DNA from: Eledone cirrhosa
Taxonomy: Eukaryota
Direction: 5' to 3'
NCBI GenBank assembly: GCA_964016885.1
Contig: OZ024743.1
Coordinates: forward strand, 37,944,001 to 38,008,000
DNA length: 64,000 nucleotides
A program made the position numbers and the translations under genes. Shown here one piece after another: positions 1-14,330 of the stretch. A model generated the notes under the pieces. That model was not told the DNA's origin. It worked only from the letters and a program-made list of their open reading frames with translations, and did no database searches. Position 1 is the first letter of the stretch; each line of letters begins with the position of its first letter.

Positions 1-985
<985 letters not shown>

Positions 986-2827
986 AAGTATGTATACATT
1001 TTTAGGACACTCTGTATATATATATGGACACACGTACACACACCCATGTATATCTTATATACTCTTCACTTACCTCTATTCTGAAGAGTTAGGTGCTGTT
1101 TTAGCAGGTGGAACGACAGCGCAGATGGTGCCTTGTTCTTTTCGAATCAGTATTTGGCTTTTTTTTGTACGCCATAAATGGGTGGTGATGATGTTTTCAG
1201 TTCAGTACTATCCACATTTCTTAAGGTCATACGGAACTCACAAATATATTAATGTGGTCGATGATCTCTCAGAAATGATTTAGAATATATTATTGTTTCT
1301 GAAATTATGTATCTCAAGAATCAAACCTGAAGTTGATTCATTACGGAAGGATGGAGAAATGTGCCTTATATTGATATGCAGTAAATACAGAATGTTTGTA
1401 ATATATATTATATCTATTCAAGAACGGACAATATTAAATCGTAATAACCCTACGCCGAAAGAATACGGTTAAGTGTTTACACTTTCATAAATAACTATAT
1501 ATATAATATATAATGTAAATATATATAAAGAATTGTTATGACAGAGGAGTAGACAGCTACCAGGTCTTTCATGTTTCTATTGCCTGTTAGCTTTTGTAAC
1601 AATAAATGTGTTGACAACAGAAAATAGTTACAAAAACAAGGCAAAAACAAAAATATGACGTTTGTTCATTTAAGTTGTAACTCGTATATATTTTTGTATA
1701 CATTTTTTTCCGCGTGATAACCATTCAAATAGAATGCTGTTCTTTATATACCAACTGACATATTCAAATAAATCGCTGACATATCTTAAGAAACGGTATT
1801 GCTTAAAATCGTGTCCGTTTCCGTGAGGAATAAAACATTTTATTATAATTGAAGTGTTCTAGTGAAGTATTTCTGATTCTACATATATACATGTGTAATA
1901 TATTCACTGCATGACAGTAATTTTTTCTACAATATATAATAGTTTGATTATTCATACCTAATCTGCATATTCGTCCATATTGTTTGTTTCTAGGGACTGC
2001 ACAATACCTTGCAGAACATCTGCTTTGCTTTTTTGCATACTTGAAATCCATACTATATTGTAAAACACCCATTTGATAAGATAGTCATAACCTGAGTACA
2101 TCTCGTTTAGATTGTTTTAGAATTACTATCTACCCCAAATTATATGTCCACTCATTGGCAGGAACTAAGAAAGGCTACATTATGCGAATATGTATTCCTC
2201 ATCATCATTGAGTGCTTAAATCATGTGAAGGTCCTAGGTTTAATTTTGTGACAGGGTCAAACTCACAATTTCTTCCCCAAGAAAGACACACAGACACAGC
2301 CAGGCACGCTTACAGAGACACAATCACATTTAAATATTCTAATTCTCTCTCACAGTTTATATTAATTAGAAATAATGGTACTGCGGAAATTACAAAATAA
2401 AGAAATCTTGTCATATTCAAATGTAATTATATCTATTTAACTCGCTTACAACGAGCTAGATTGCTGTCAACGTCGTTGTTTAGTTATCTATGACTGATCC
2501 AAATGGTAATCAAATGCATTGCAGTTGTGACCAGCCTTTCTGAGTAAATACAATACATAATTATCTAAGTACATATTCTTTTAAAATAGATATGATTCAG
2601 GCAGAGTTCGACTTCTATTCCTATCAGGTCAATGCTGTCCTTGTTCATTGATAATTTTACGATTATAATATTTCCGAAATCTCCTCTCCTAAACTATATT
2701 CCCACGTCATATGCCTTGGACATACTCCTTCGACTAAATGTCAATAACATTATAAAAATATGAAATATTGTAATGATAAACACTATAATTTATAATAAGA
2801 GACTCCCGTTTTTTTTTATGTAACGAA

Positions 2828-2945
2828 GCGCGGTGAGTTAGGCGAATCGTTAGGACGTCAGATGAAATATTTATCGTATTTGTCAAGGCCCTCCACTCTC
2901 TTAGTTCAAATGTCGCCGAAGTTTACCCAACCTTTGATTCTACTT
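2828..2945 (+). mobile_element. Old diverged copy of the tRNA-derived SINE (head region)
   Basis: gcggtgagttaggcgaatcgttagg...agttcaaatgtcgccgaagtt parallels the younger SINE heads in this window. Confidence 0.55.
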
Positions 2946-4223
2946 AAATTGATTGGTCCTTTGGTAATTAAGTTCATAACATAGAAACAGACAAACAAAC
3001 GAGCTATTTTGCACATATCCAATGGATAGCAGTAATACATAGGTCTAATTGGTCACCCAGTTTAACATCATGAAGTGAAAGCTTGAGAGCTGTTAGTCCA
3101 GTCTTTAATGTTGCAAACAGTAGGGGCACGTTTCTTGTTTGGGGATACTTTCTTTCTTTCTTCCCATCACTCACGGATGTCTTAAATGTCTCATGGGCAT
3201 TTAATATATCTACCCGAGTAAATGACATAACTGGCTCGGACCAGATTTGACCTGGGTAAAAGATAGTAGTTAAAATGCCATTGTAATATACATGCATGTC
3301 CAGAAGCATACACATAAGATAGGAAAGACATAGGAATGACATTATTTCATATATTATACATTAATCAGAATTTGGAATCAGCGAAGACTATAATAAATGA
3401 AATTCCAGCGTTATATTCGATACTATGATATATTAGCTTATGTATATGTACGGCTATAAAGAATATTAAATATATTTTTAGACATTTCAAAATTAATAAA
3501 CCGAGAGGACAATATGGTTTGGGTAATAATTTCGTAAATATATGTTTCAGGCAACAAAGTATATGGTAATTACAATCAGTACAATGAAATAATTCATTTT
3601 CACAAACACCCAAACGTAATCATCAATATAAACAATTTATTTTATATAAATGAAAAATATCCTTCAGTTATAAATTAATTCATAATATTGGTGATTATAT
3701 ATTTCATTAGGTATGATTATAAAAAGAAATTCATGTACATATTATTACATTTTCTAGTTGTTTGGATATTGTACATGCCCTCGCAGTATATATTACAATA
3801 TTTTGTTTGACATATATTATTATATTCATTATATTGTGTAAATGATAGTAGGCATAGTTTAACTATTTTCCTAGATCTCTATGGGAACTACAGTATTAAT
3901 ATTTTCTTACATTGGAAATAAAATGATATACTAGATATGATGGTATCTCTGGCTCAGCTAACGCTGATATGACTTAGGGCTTAAAAAGTTCGCCTTGCAA
4001 TCATGAGGTCCACTGAGCGATCCCACTGGATCCCGGACGCTGCATATGTTTTTACAATAGCCTCGAGGCAACGCAAACCTTGTGAGTGAAAATAGATGAA
4101 AGAGAGTTTGCGTTGAAGTCCGTTGGATGCATCAAACCTGTAAGTCATATTGTATCACGCTAATTCTGCTTCATAAATAAGTTAAGAGTACACATGTCTG
4201 TGCAATACTCAAGCACTTACATC

Positions 4224-4445
4224 CAGTGGCGGACTGGGTCTAAAAATATTGGTTGCCAGGAGATGAAGGGGGCCCACCTACATATAGAATGCTATCATTT
4301 AATTTTTATAATGAATAAATAACAGTTTCGAAAAATACATAAGTGGAAACAAAACAGTGAAGTCAAAATTTTGCGAAAATATATCTTACCTTCTCCAATA
4401 AAAAATATGTATTTTGCAAAATCCAGAGATTCTCAATAATGACCA
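4224..4445 (+). mobile_element. End of a non-autonomous DNA transposon with hAT-like CAGTGGCGGA terminus; second copy at 6454-6672
   Basis: About 220 bp shared with 6454-6672 (aaaatattggttgccag...gggggcccac...atagaatgctatcatttaatttttataatgaataaataaca). Confidence 0.55.
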
Positions 4446-4915
4446 GAAGTCGACCCTAATAATACTAATAGCTCTAGGAAAGCTGTGAACGACACCACAC
4501 CTTTTAAACTTTGATTTTGAAAAGTAGGTTTATAACTATCAATTTTCATTATACTTTTGTAGCTGTTTCGGTAGCCTAGTTGGAGGAATAATAGACGGCG
4601 GTGGTCCAAAGTTCGATCCTGGTCGGGAATACGGTTCCCGGTAAACGTTTTCAGTTTTTTCTATTGGTTGTAAGATAAAAACTGAAAACGTTTACATGTA
4701 CTCCTTGACCAGGATTGAACGAAAGGCCAGGATCTCTACCGTCTCTACTACCTACCACTAGGCCACAGAGACACCTACGAAACCATCATGAAAATTCATA
4801 CTTATAAACCTACTTTAACATTTTCAAAACAAAGTGTTGTGTTGTCGTTCATCTCGTTCTTAATAGTATTGCTCCTACTTAAAGTCGAATTCTAAAGCAT
4901 TTGGGTGTTCTATAA
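4425..4915. repeat. Diverged fold-back element with a tRNA-like (A/B box) segment in each arm
   Basis: Inner IR gtaaacgttttcagtttt/aaaactgaaaacgtttac; agtaggtttataa/ttataaacctact; tagcctagttgg...gttcgatcctggtc mirrored by gaccaggattgaac...ccactaggcca. Confidence 0.7.
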
Positions 4916-5092
4916 ACTATATCCATGTCTCATTTCTGTTGCACCGCATTTCTCCCACCCCTCTCTCTTTCTCTGTGATATTTCAATCTTCTCTGATTTG
5001 GGTTTACCTAATTCCTATATATATATATATATGTTGTACCTTAGTTATATTCAAACTTACAATGATTTGCATTATATATATATATATACATA

Positions 5093-5990
5093 TAGTGAGT
5101 TAGAAACTGAGAGTAGTCTCTTACAATTAAATAGCTCTAAGAAAAAAGCTTTTCCGAGCCGTGTAATATAATTGAATAAAAAAGAGAGATGAATGCTAAC
5201 ACTAATATAAACATACATGTTTTCGAATTGTAAGGAATGGGTTAGCTAGGGTGAAAAAATACTAACTATAGCAATATGGTTTGTCAGACTTAATTTTAAG
5301 TAGTAAATTAAGAACAATAACAGATGTATATCGGGCAATAGACTGGTAACAACTAGACAGTTTTGAAAATTGTTCCGCAATATCTTATTAAGTGAAGTCA
5401 ACACCTTTCTCTGCTCCTCAGGAGTTGTTGAGAAATTAGCGATCCTTCCACTTCTAAAAATATTAGAGGACTGAATTGTGCGCGATATGAAATAGCGTAC
5501 GCGTCTCCGGAAACCCAGCTTGTCTCGAAATCCCATGCCGCTAAAAATAGCAGTCTGGTTAACAAGACATTAGCTCTACATGATGGAGCCAACAAATATA
5601 TAGTGAGTTAGAAACTCAGAGTAGTCTATTACAATTAAATAGCTCTAAGAAAAAAGCTTTTCCGAGCCGTGTAAGATAATTGAATAAACAAGAGAGATGA
5701 ACACTAATATAAACATATTTGTGTTCCAATCGTAAGGACTAGGTTAGCTAGGGTGAAAAAATACACACTACAGCAATATGGTTTGTGAGACTTAATTTTA
5801 AGTAGTAAATTAAAAGAAATAACAGACATATATCGGGCAAATAGCCTGGTAACAACTAGACAGTTTTGAAAAGTGGTAAACAGTTTTAAAAACTGTCTAG
5901 TTGTTACCAGGCTATTGCCCGATACAATTCTGTTATTTACCTTAATTTACTACTTAAAATTAAGTCTGACAAACCATATTGCTGTAGTTA

Positions 5991-5992
<2 letters not shown>
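5093..5992 (-). mobile_element. ORF-less PLE-derived or retrozyme-like element: 507-bp unit, partial tandem copy, then inverted segment, flanked by (TA)n
   Basis: tagtgagttagaaact at 5093 and again at about 5600; 5878-5992 is the reverse complement of about 5760-5875; HHR at 5348-5429. Confidence 0.75.
5348..5429 (-). ncRNA. Type I hammerhead ribozyme motif (long stem III, extended stem II, GGAAC variant)
   Basis: Minus strand: aacaacuc CUGAGGA GCA...UGC GGAAC AAUUUUCAAAACU GUC uaguuguu. Confidence 0.7.
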
Positions 5993-6045
<53 letters not shown>

Positions 6046-6165
6046 TTAAAGGGTATATATATAATTAGACATGGTCACATATAGATATATGAGTTTGGCA
6101 ACCATTCACGGTGTGGCTCAATGAAGAATTAATTAAATAATTATTAATCAGAGCTATATATAACA

Positions 6166-6435
6166 ATGTAAGTCAAAAGAATCATTAGATAAAATATACA
6201 CAGTATTCCCTCTCCTAATAAATATAAATTAACCACATAAAAAATCATTTAAACGAGACTATAAGTTTAAAATGTACTTATGAAGAAATAATAGACAAAT
6301 GATACAGATTATTTCTTCATAAGTAGAATTTAAACTTATAGGCTCATTTAAATGATTTTTTATGCGGTTAATTTATACTGATTGGGAGAGGAATTACTGT
6401 ATATATTTTATCTAATGATTCTTTGGACTTACATT
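6166..6435. repeat. About 270-bp fold-back inverted repeat between (TA)n tracts
   Basis: atgtaagtcaaaagaatcattagataaaatata...tatattttatctaatgattctttggacttacat; inner cttatgaagaaataat/attatttcttcataag. Confidence 0.85.
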
Positions 6436-6683
6436 TATATATATATATATATACAGTGGAGGAGTAGGTCAAAATATTGGTTGCCAGATGAAGGGGGCCC
6501 ACGTACATATAGAATGCTATCATTTAATTTTTATAATGAATAAATAACATTTTCAAAAATTACATAAATGGAAACAAAACAGTGTAACCAAATATTTGCG
6601 CGAAAATATTTTACCTAATCCAATAAAGAAATGTTATGTATTTTGTAAAATCGAGACTTTCAATAATGACCTTTGGCCTCACT

Positions 6684-6773
<90 letters not shown>

Positions 6774-6896
6774 TTGTGTGAGTGTGCGTGTTTATATATA
6801 TGTATATATATATATATATATATGCACCACCTTCACCAATAATAAATTTGACATATGTATTTAACCAATTGATACCAAATATTATTTGCTCAGTTA

Positions 6897-7087
6897 CCCG
6901 TGTATTGGCAGTATCGGTAGAGGTTCTGACACCATGCTTTGCAGCAAAGAGTTACGGCCCTTTATGGTTTGAATTCAAATCTCGACGAGGTTAACTTTGC
7001 ATTTCATCCTTACGAGTTCGATAAAATAAAGCACCAGCTTTTCAACGGGATAATTGCTGGCCTTGTGCCAAATGTAGCATCAATTAT
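6897..7087 (+). mobile_element. tRNA-derived SINE
   Basis: ttggcagtatcggtagag head; actttgcatttcatccttacgagttcgataaaataaag core; ggccttgtgcc tail. Confidence 0.85.
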
Positions 7088-7797
7088 TTGGTCAGTAGGT
7101 CGTGTGTAAGTATATAAATATATATATCTGTATACCTATGGCGAGTGTTTTCGCGTATGCTTGAGTATGTACGTATATGGATGCGTGTATGTATTTATTT
7201 AATTTCGATTACCTCTGCCTTTTATTTACTTTATTCTTATCTCTGAAGCCGAGATTCATTCGGTTTCCTAGTTAGAATTTTAGTCTACGACTTCAGTTAT
7301 GTCATTTACGTGGTTTTGTCTTTGCGTGCTATTGTTCTCCCCGCTCCACATATGACATATTATCTTCGTTTTTTCCGTTCATTGCCAGAAAATGTCTCTA
7401 TGAACCACCTAATAGAATATTGATCTACGACTTCTTTTATACCATAAACGTGATTTTGTCTTTGCGTGTAATTGTTTTTCACCGATCCAAATAATGACGT
7501 ATTATATTCGTGTTTTCCCGTTCTTTGCCAGGGAACGTTTTCCACGAACCAAAGTATCGTCTTCCTGTCTTCCTCCGGTTGCAACGTGTTTTGAAATATT
7601 CACTTCCGCGTACATAGATTGACTTTGTTAGTTTCAGAAGATCCCGTTAAGTGTGAAAGCAGCGATTCCTTGCTTAAACTTTAATCTGTTATTTTAATAA
7701 ATATTTGCTCTACGGTTCTTATATATTTGATATATATTTATCCTTATCGAGCCCTCTCTGTATTTTAGTCTTCAAATTTATTATTATTACTATATAA

Positions 7798-7857
<60 letters not shown>

Positions 7858-8364
7858 GCTTCTGTGTCTGTGTCTATATATGTACGTTTTTGCATGCATG
7901 AATGAATACACAAAATTTTAGATTTAGTAGAATGTACAACCACTGATTCCAACTATTTGCACTTACGTATATTTTGGTTTTTAGTAATTCTCTGGGGAAT
8001 TGGTTGACCAAATGCTTTGCTTAATTGTTTTATTTATTTTTTTAAAAAATTATTCTCTTAGATGTCAGTTATTTTTTGAAAGCAAATCCTTGTCTCCTAA
8101 AATACTACAGTCGGCTCTACAATGTTACTGTCGGTTTCCTGGGGACCACTTGCCATTGGGCAACCTACCCAGTCCACCACTACTTACATCACATATTGAG
8201 TTACGTTGGGTCTGCCTGAAGATTTCATTTCGGTTGCTCGTGATTGCGGAATGCTAAGTTATTTAGATATTCATGAGTAGGGTGTTCAGTTGTGTGAATT
8301 AACAGAATGGCGATGGTAAAAACAACGAGAATCAACCAGCGAACATTATAATTTCGGAACACAT

Positions 8365-8550
8365 AAGGCGGTGGATTAGCAGTATCGGTAGAGGGTCGGA
8401 CGCCATGCTTTCCAGCATAGTTACGTCCCTTTACGATCTGAGTTCAAATCCCGCCGAGGTTGACTTTGCCTTTCATCCTTACGGGGTCGATAAAATAAAG
8501 TACCAGTAATGCACTAGATAATTGCTGGCCTTGTGCCTAAAGTAGAAACA
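8365..8550 (+). mobile_element. tRNA-derived SINE, full length, 20-bp TSD
   Basis: TSD attataatttcggaacacat at 8345-8364 and 8551-8570; B box gagttcaaatcc. Confidence 0.93.
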
Positions 8551-9572
8551 ATTATAATTTCGGAACACATTACAGTTAGATACTCTTCGACGCAAGACCA
8601 AGCTGCTGCGTCACCGAAAATATTGGGTATCACTAACGTTGCAGGTATGGAGCAATATTTCAAACCCATTTGTGAGCCATCAGTGTATACTATATATTTT
8701 AATTGAAATAATGAAACACTTTCTGAATAAATTTAGTTCCATAATTATGAATATAATGAAAATATGTCATTGTTCGGTTGTTTGTTACCTATTGAAAACT
8801 TTTAGAAATAAACAATATATGTCAGTGTGGAGTTTGGGGGAGATACGTTAGTAGACTTATCAGATCTGAGAAAAAATATTGTTTCAACTGACCTTCCCAT
8901 TGATGATATTATCGCAACAGCTGGCATAAACCTCATTGCTTTTTAAGTTACTCAAGATGATATTTGGCACAAGAAAGACGTAATATCGAAACAGATACCA
9001 CAAAACATCCCGGTAAACGCTTTAACAATGTTGCCAAATCGCCGCTACGGGAATGGTTCTCATTGACATATATATGAATATATATGAGGACCTCGATAAT
9101 TCCGATTGACCTGGATGTTGAGAATAAATCATCTTTGTCATAGATTTCCTATATCTAGTCAGTAAACATTTGAACAACTGAAATGTTTAATAATGGTTGT
9201 TTTAATTCTATATCGACGAGTGAATTCATATATCGATTGAATCGAATAACTCAATATCGGCTTTAACTATCAATATTATCTACAACTGACGTAATGCAGG
9301 GAAACATTGATCGACGCAAGCATTGATATTACAAAGGCTAAAATTATAAAGATCTTAATTATATATATTAAGTTGAAAATTAGTGGTGCGCAGACCAATA
9401 GTGTAACCCGGTTTATACTTGGTATTGTAATGACAACAGAGCTGTATCTACAGCTTTCATTAATAAATGATACAGAACACAAATTAAACAAATTCCTCAT
9501 ATATGGAAACATGGAAACATAAATAAATACATACATATATTCAAACACACACACACACAGACACATACACAT

Positions 9573-9629
<57 letters not shown>

Positions 9630-10386
9630 GATATATACATATTTATTATACAACATATACATATATATAAGGTATTACTAGTTAAGAGCATTTCAACCAT
9701 TGTTGAACTAAATACACTATATTTAAGAAAAGTGCAGTATAAATGTTATAAGGATTCTTATAAACCTTCATGCACACACACACGTTGAGTGTCCAAGCAC
9801 ATCTGACTTGTGGGATTATGTCGAACACCTTGAACACGTTTGAAAGGGATGAAGACAAGCAATTTTCTCTTTAGAGAAGCCCTGATTTGTTCAGGTTTCA
9901 CTTGAAGGGAATAAAAATTGGTTGAGAGGGAAGTGCTACCTTTTAAGCAGTTGTTGAAATGAAAGTGGTGAGCACGGTCTGATGGAATAGGTCTGCTCTG
10001 AAAGCACGCCTCTAGATTGGAGGGAGAAGACTGGTAACAGGCACTTGCCCTGGCGATCAGGGTGACCGTGTTTTTACCGGGCTTTTTCCATGCGTGACCT
10101 TCGGAAGTAGCCCCTATTGGAGAATTTATTTTGTTGAATTTGTTGTACATAATTTTTTTCTTTATGTATATACTGTACTGACCTGTGCCACCCTGTACAG
10201 ACCTTAATGTGTTCATGCTTTCTTCATATGAGCACTGCGTGGCTAATAAAGAAATCACTATATTGTTATACTACTACTCGATGTTTTCAAGCTCTCATGT
10301 ATAGTAATCGACTGTCTTTACAGTTATTTTCTTCGTTCTAGATTTATGTTTGAGATTCCTACATTTTATAAGAATTGTATATATAC

Positions 10387-10454
<68 letters not shown>

Positions 10455-11480
10455 ACATGTGTGTGTGTGTGTATATACATATATATATGTGTGTGTATGT
10501 ATGCGTATACATACATACTAACATATATATATATATATATATTTACAAACACATACATACACACACATATATATATATATTGAAGTTTTAATAAAGTGAC
10601 AGGGGTGTTATCTATACAAATTGAAGGATTGGTCTTCAATATATAAAGCAATATTTCCATTTCAGTGCCTTTCTGACAGCTATCGAAAGAGTTCAAGTTC
10701 AGGAATAGCATTCCTACCCCCTCCTCTTTTGTATCTCTGTTGATTTCACCTGTCAAGCAAACTTGTTTAATAACTAAACACTGATACAGACATATATAAA
10801 CTATATTCGCCAAATTCCTCCATTGATTTTCCTTTTATTCTTTTATTCTTCCCCAGCCCGTCTCAGGCCAGCCGCACTACTTTCTGTGCCTTTGATACAT
10901 ACAGATTCAAATACACGTGTATATATATATATATATATATATAATTATTTATAACTGATAATAGATAGGTAGACATACATAATAGGTGTGTGTGTAGGCA
11001 ATGAATTGTTTTTTCTTTAATTTGTTTTCCTGTATAAGTGGCTAATCGTGTGTAATAGTGTAGGAGCAATACATGTTTACATTACGTGAGTAATCAGGCA
11101 AACGTCTTTATATCTGCATTTCTCTCATTTTCTCTTTCTCTTTCTGTGTCAGTCTCTTGCTTTATGCATCGAATCACAAACATGACAATAATACTACATT
11201 TGATAAAACGTAAATGACATCTCCACTACAATGAGATAAAACTTGGTAAATCTGATAATAATCTAGGAAACACAATAATAATCATTTTTTGCAGATAGAA
11301 CAACTCGAGATGCAGGCAATCGCTTGATTTTCAGCGAACAAACCCTAAAAATCTACCAACACACTAACTTGTAAACTGTGCTGTGTTAGTTACATAATAA
11401 TAACAAAGTAATAATGATGATTATGGTGGTGATAATAATAATAATAAAATAAATACAAATATAATGATAATAATAATAAT

Positions 11481-12680
11481 AATTGTTTCTACTTTTGGCA
11501 CAAGGGCAGCAATTATCCCAATGCATCACTGGTACTTCATTTTATCGACCCCGTAAGGATGAAAGGCAAAGTTAACCTCGGCGGGATTTGAACTCAGACC
11601 ATAAAGGGCGTAACTCTATGCTGCAATGCATGGCGTCCGACCTTCTACCGATACTGTCAACCCCTCGCCCGTAAGTTTCATAATAATAAAAATTAATAAT
11701 GATGATCATGATGGTGATAACAAATAAAAAATGATAATCATGATTCCTAGTATAGGCACAAGGCCAGTTAATTTGGGAGGGAGGAGAAAGTCGATTAAAT
11801 CGACCCCAGTACGTTACTGGTGCTTTATTTTATCGACCTCGTAAGGATGAAAGGCAAAGTTAGCCTCGGTGGGATTTGAACTCAGGCCGAAAAGGTCCGC
11901 AACTCTATGCTGTAAAGCATGGCGTCCGACCCTCTAGCAATACTGCCAATCCACCGCCGTTATTATAGTGGATTGGCCCGCCGAGGTTAACTTTGCCTTT
12001 CATCCTTACGGGGTCGATAAAATAAAGTACCAGTAATGTACTGGATAATTGCTGGCCTTGCGCCTAAAGTAGAAACAGTTATTATAGTGGATTGGCAGTA
12101 TCGGTAGAGGGTCGGACGCCATGCTTTGACTCATAGAGTTACCGCCCTTGCCATTCTGGGTTCAAATCCCGCCGAGGTTAACTTTGCCTTTCATCCTTAC
12201 GGGGTCGATAAAATAAAGTACCAGTAATGCACTGTGTAATTGCTGGTCTTGTGCCAAAAAGTAGAAACAGTTATTATAATGATAATAATAATAGTAATAA
12301 TAATTGTCTTCTCTCTACTAAAATATGTGCTCCACTAAGGTACTTTACAGTGTTGATTATTTTGTGTCCTATCCCCCTCTCACCCCTGCTCACCACCATA
12401 TCCTGATCGACAAATCAACTACTACCAATGATACAACCACATTCGTTATACGGCGTGGATGTACTTTTGCTGGATTATCTAAAAAGATGAAGAAGCCGTC
12501 CTTAAATGTGTATAAGACCACACCCTACGCTAGGACAGCCGCATATAATGGTTGCTTGTATAGGCACAAGGCCAGCAATTTGGAGGGAGGGTAAAGTCGA
12601 TTAAATCGACCCCAGTGCGTGACTGGTACTGTATTTTATCGACCTCGTAATGATGAAAGGCAAAGCTAACCTCGAATGGG
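11481..12680. mobile_element. Cluster of five SINE copies (11481-11672 -, 11745-11960 -, 11967-12085 +, 12087-12275 +, 12558-12680 -) in (TAA/TGA)n-rich DNA
   Basis: Shared core actttgcctttcatccttacggggtcgataaaataaagtaccag on both strands. Confidence 0.9.
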
Positions 12681-13149
12681 GTATGCCCCATTCGAGGATA
12701 GCTTTGCCTTTATGCTGAAAAGCTGTTAACGTTGGTGGTTTTGTGGAAGCTAATTGTGCCAGTATGGTATGTAGCGTAGGCAAGTGATGGTGTTTTATTT
12801 GTTTGGGTTTTTGCTGAAGACAGAAGGCTTTTTAGGTGTGTATGCGTGCAACATTTCTGACATTTTGCCTTTCCACCTACTACTGTAAAGGGGAGGTATG
12901 GGCCGATCACGTAATCTATTATGTCTAGGATGGTTTGGATTAGACATTTCATCCCAGCCACTGGCCTGTTCTCTGTTTCTTTTATTTTCTTCACCTCGGG
13001 GCTGTGAGCTCTCCTCGACGTCCACGAGGACCGCTGTCAGTAGCCAAGGAATAGCTATAGTGAGTAACATCTGAGTTACTCTTATTGTTAGACCTCTCTG
13101 GCAGCCGAGGGATTTCCTCACACCTTAGTAGTGTAGCTTCTTATGGTGT

Positions 13150-14100
13150 CTCACAGATTACCTACTTCGTCCCAAATCCCCTGCCTAATATTATGAACAA
13201 TAGGAGTCTCTCGCTATAACCAACGAAATAATATGATCGAAGGGAATCACTGATCGAATTTATTTAACCCATCCTTGGCATGTTCGAGCACTTGGAGCTA
13301 CGGCAGAATCAATATTCCATGCCATGTCTGTTGTAAAGGAACCCTCTTTATATTCATGCAGCATACTGTGTCTGATATGTGTCTGATCTCATTCTAGAGT
13401 TGTGAAATACTAAAATATTAATTAAAACAACATTAAATTAATCTGAAATATAAAAAAATAGCATTAAAACAAAAAATAAAAATGGTTTACATTGCAGTCA
13501 ATATTGAAAAAAGTGTCTTCAGAGTCATTATGTCTAGAATGTGACAGGACTTGTATCCTACTTAGCGAAACAGCAAAAAGAATAAAATAAAATGTGTTAC
13601 ACGAAAATGTATCCCTGGCACACTAAATAATTACCACTGTATAATTCACTATTGTTTTCTAGCTCTGCATTATCTTTTTTTATCTCTACTCCAGCCTTCA
13701 ATTTTCTCCCCATCGTTTATGACAATGGGATCTATGAGGAGGCGTAACCTTCGGCTCTTCACCAGGTTGAAACGGGCGATCTGATTTGGAAAGTGTGTTT
13801 CCCGTACTTGTTAGTATTTCTTCTCACACTTCTCTTTACTTTACAATGTACCACACCTAACAGACGTTGGATGCACTCTTCTTGTACAGCTCTTTTTATG
13901 GAAAACAAGGCAATTTCTTCCAAAAATGCTTGATCTTCAGCCGCTGTTGCTTCTAGAATCGTAGTCATTAAATATAACTCTTATGAGATGAGAACTAATT
14001 ACTTTGCACTAATTAATATCCTAGTCTCAAATTCATCAGCATAAAATCATTAAGTGGCTCTTGTTACCACTGCTATAACAACTGAATCATTTGCTGAGAA
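13150..14100 (-). pseudogene. Possible decayed DNA transposase (CACTA/EnSpm-like)
   Basis: Minus-strand peptides EECIQRLLGVVH and DMAWNID...W weakly resemble the L..LL.IL / FNIDG..WP pattern; contains stops. Confidence 0.3.
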
Positions 14101-14169
14101 TCACCTGACGTAATCCCTTGGATTGAAGTCCCTCAGCCAGGAACCTATCTAGAATGTCCATATTGTTCT

Positions 14170-14330
14170 GCTGGATTAGGTTTAGTTTTAGGATCAGGAT
14201 TAGGGTAAGGGTTGAGGTTGGGGTTATGTCTAGGATTAGGTTTAGGGTTCGGGTTAAGGCTCGGGTTAGGGTTATGTTTATGTTTGTGTTTAGGTTTAGA
14301 GTGAGTGTTTGTGTTACTGTTAGGGTTGCC
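14170..14330 (+). repeat. Degenerate (TTAGGG)-like hexamer tract
   Basis: ggattaggtttag...ttagggtaagggttgaggttgggg...ttagggttcgggttaagg...cgggttagggtt. Confidence 0.75.

Noticed and set aside
5490-5545. agcg...ACGCGU A cgcu hammerhead-like topology
   Set aside because: Catalytic core absent; the supported motif of this unit is at 5348-5429
8365-8500. SINE heads as tRNA genes
   Set aside because: No complete cloverleaf; followed by SINE core and tail, with TSDs
9758-11100. Minus-strand ORFs with faint GIY-YIG-like NIVY and a CUGAUUA motif
   Set aside because: Too degenerate to assign
12680-13150. Minus-strand ORF with an NPNHPRH motif like LINE C-termini
   Set aside because: A single weak motif; probably a LINE relic but not supportable
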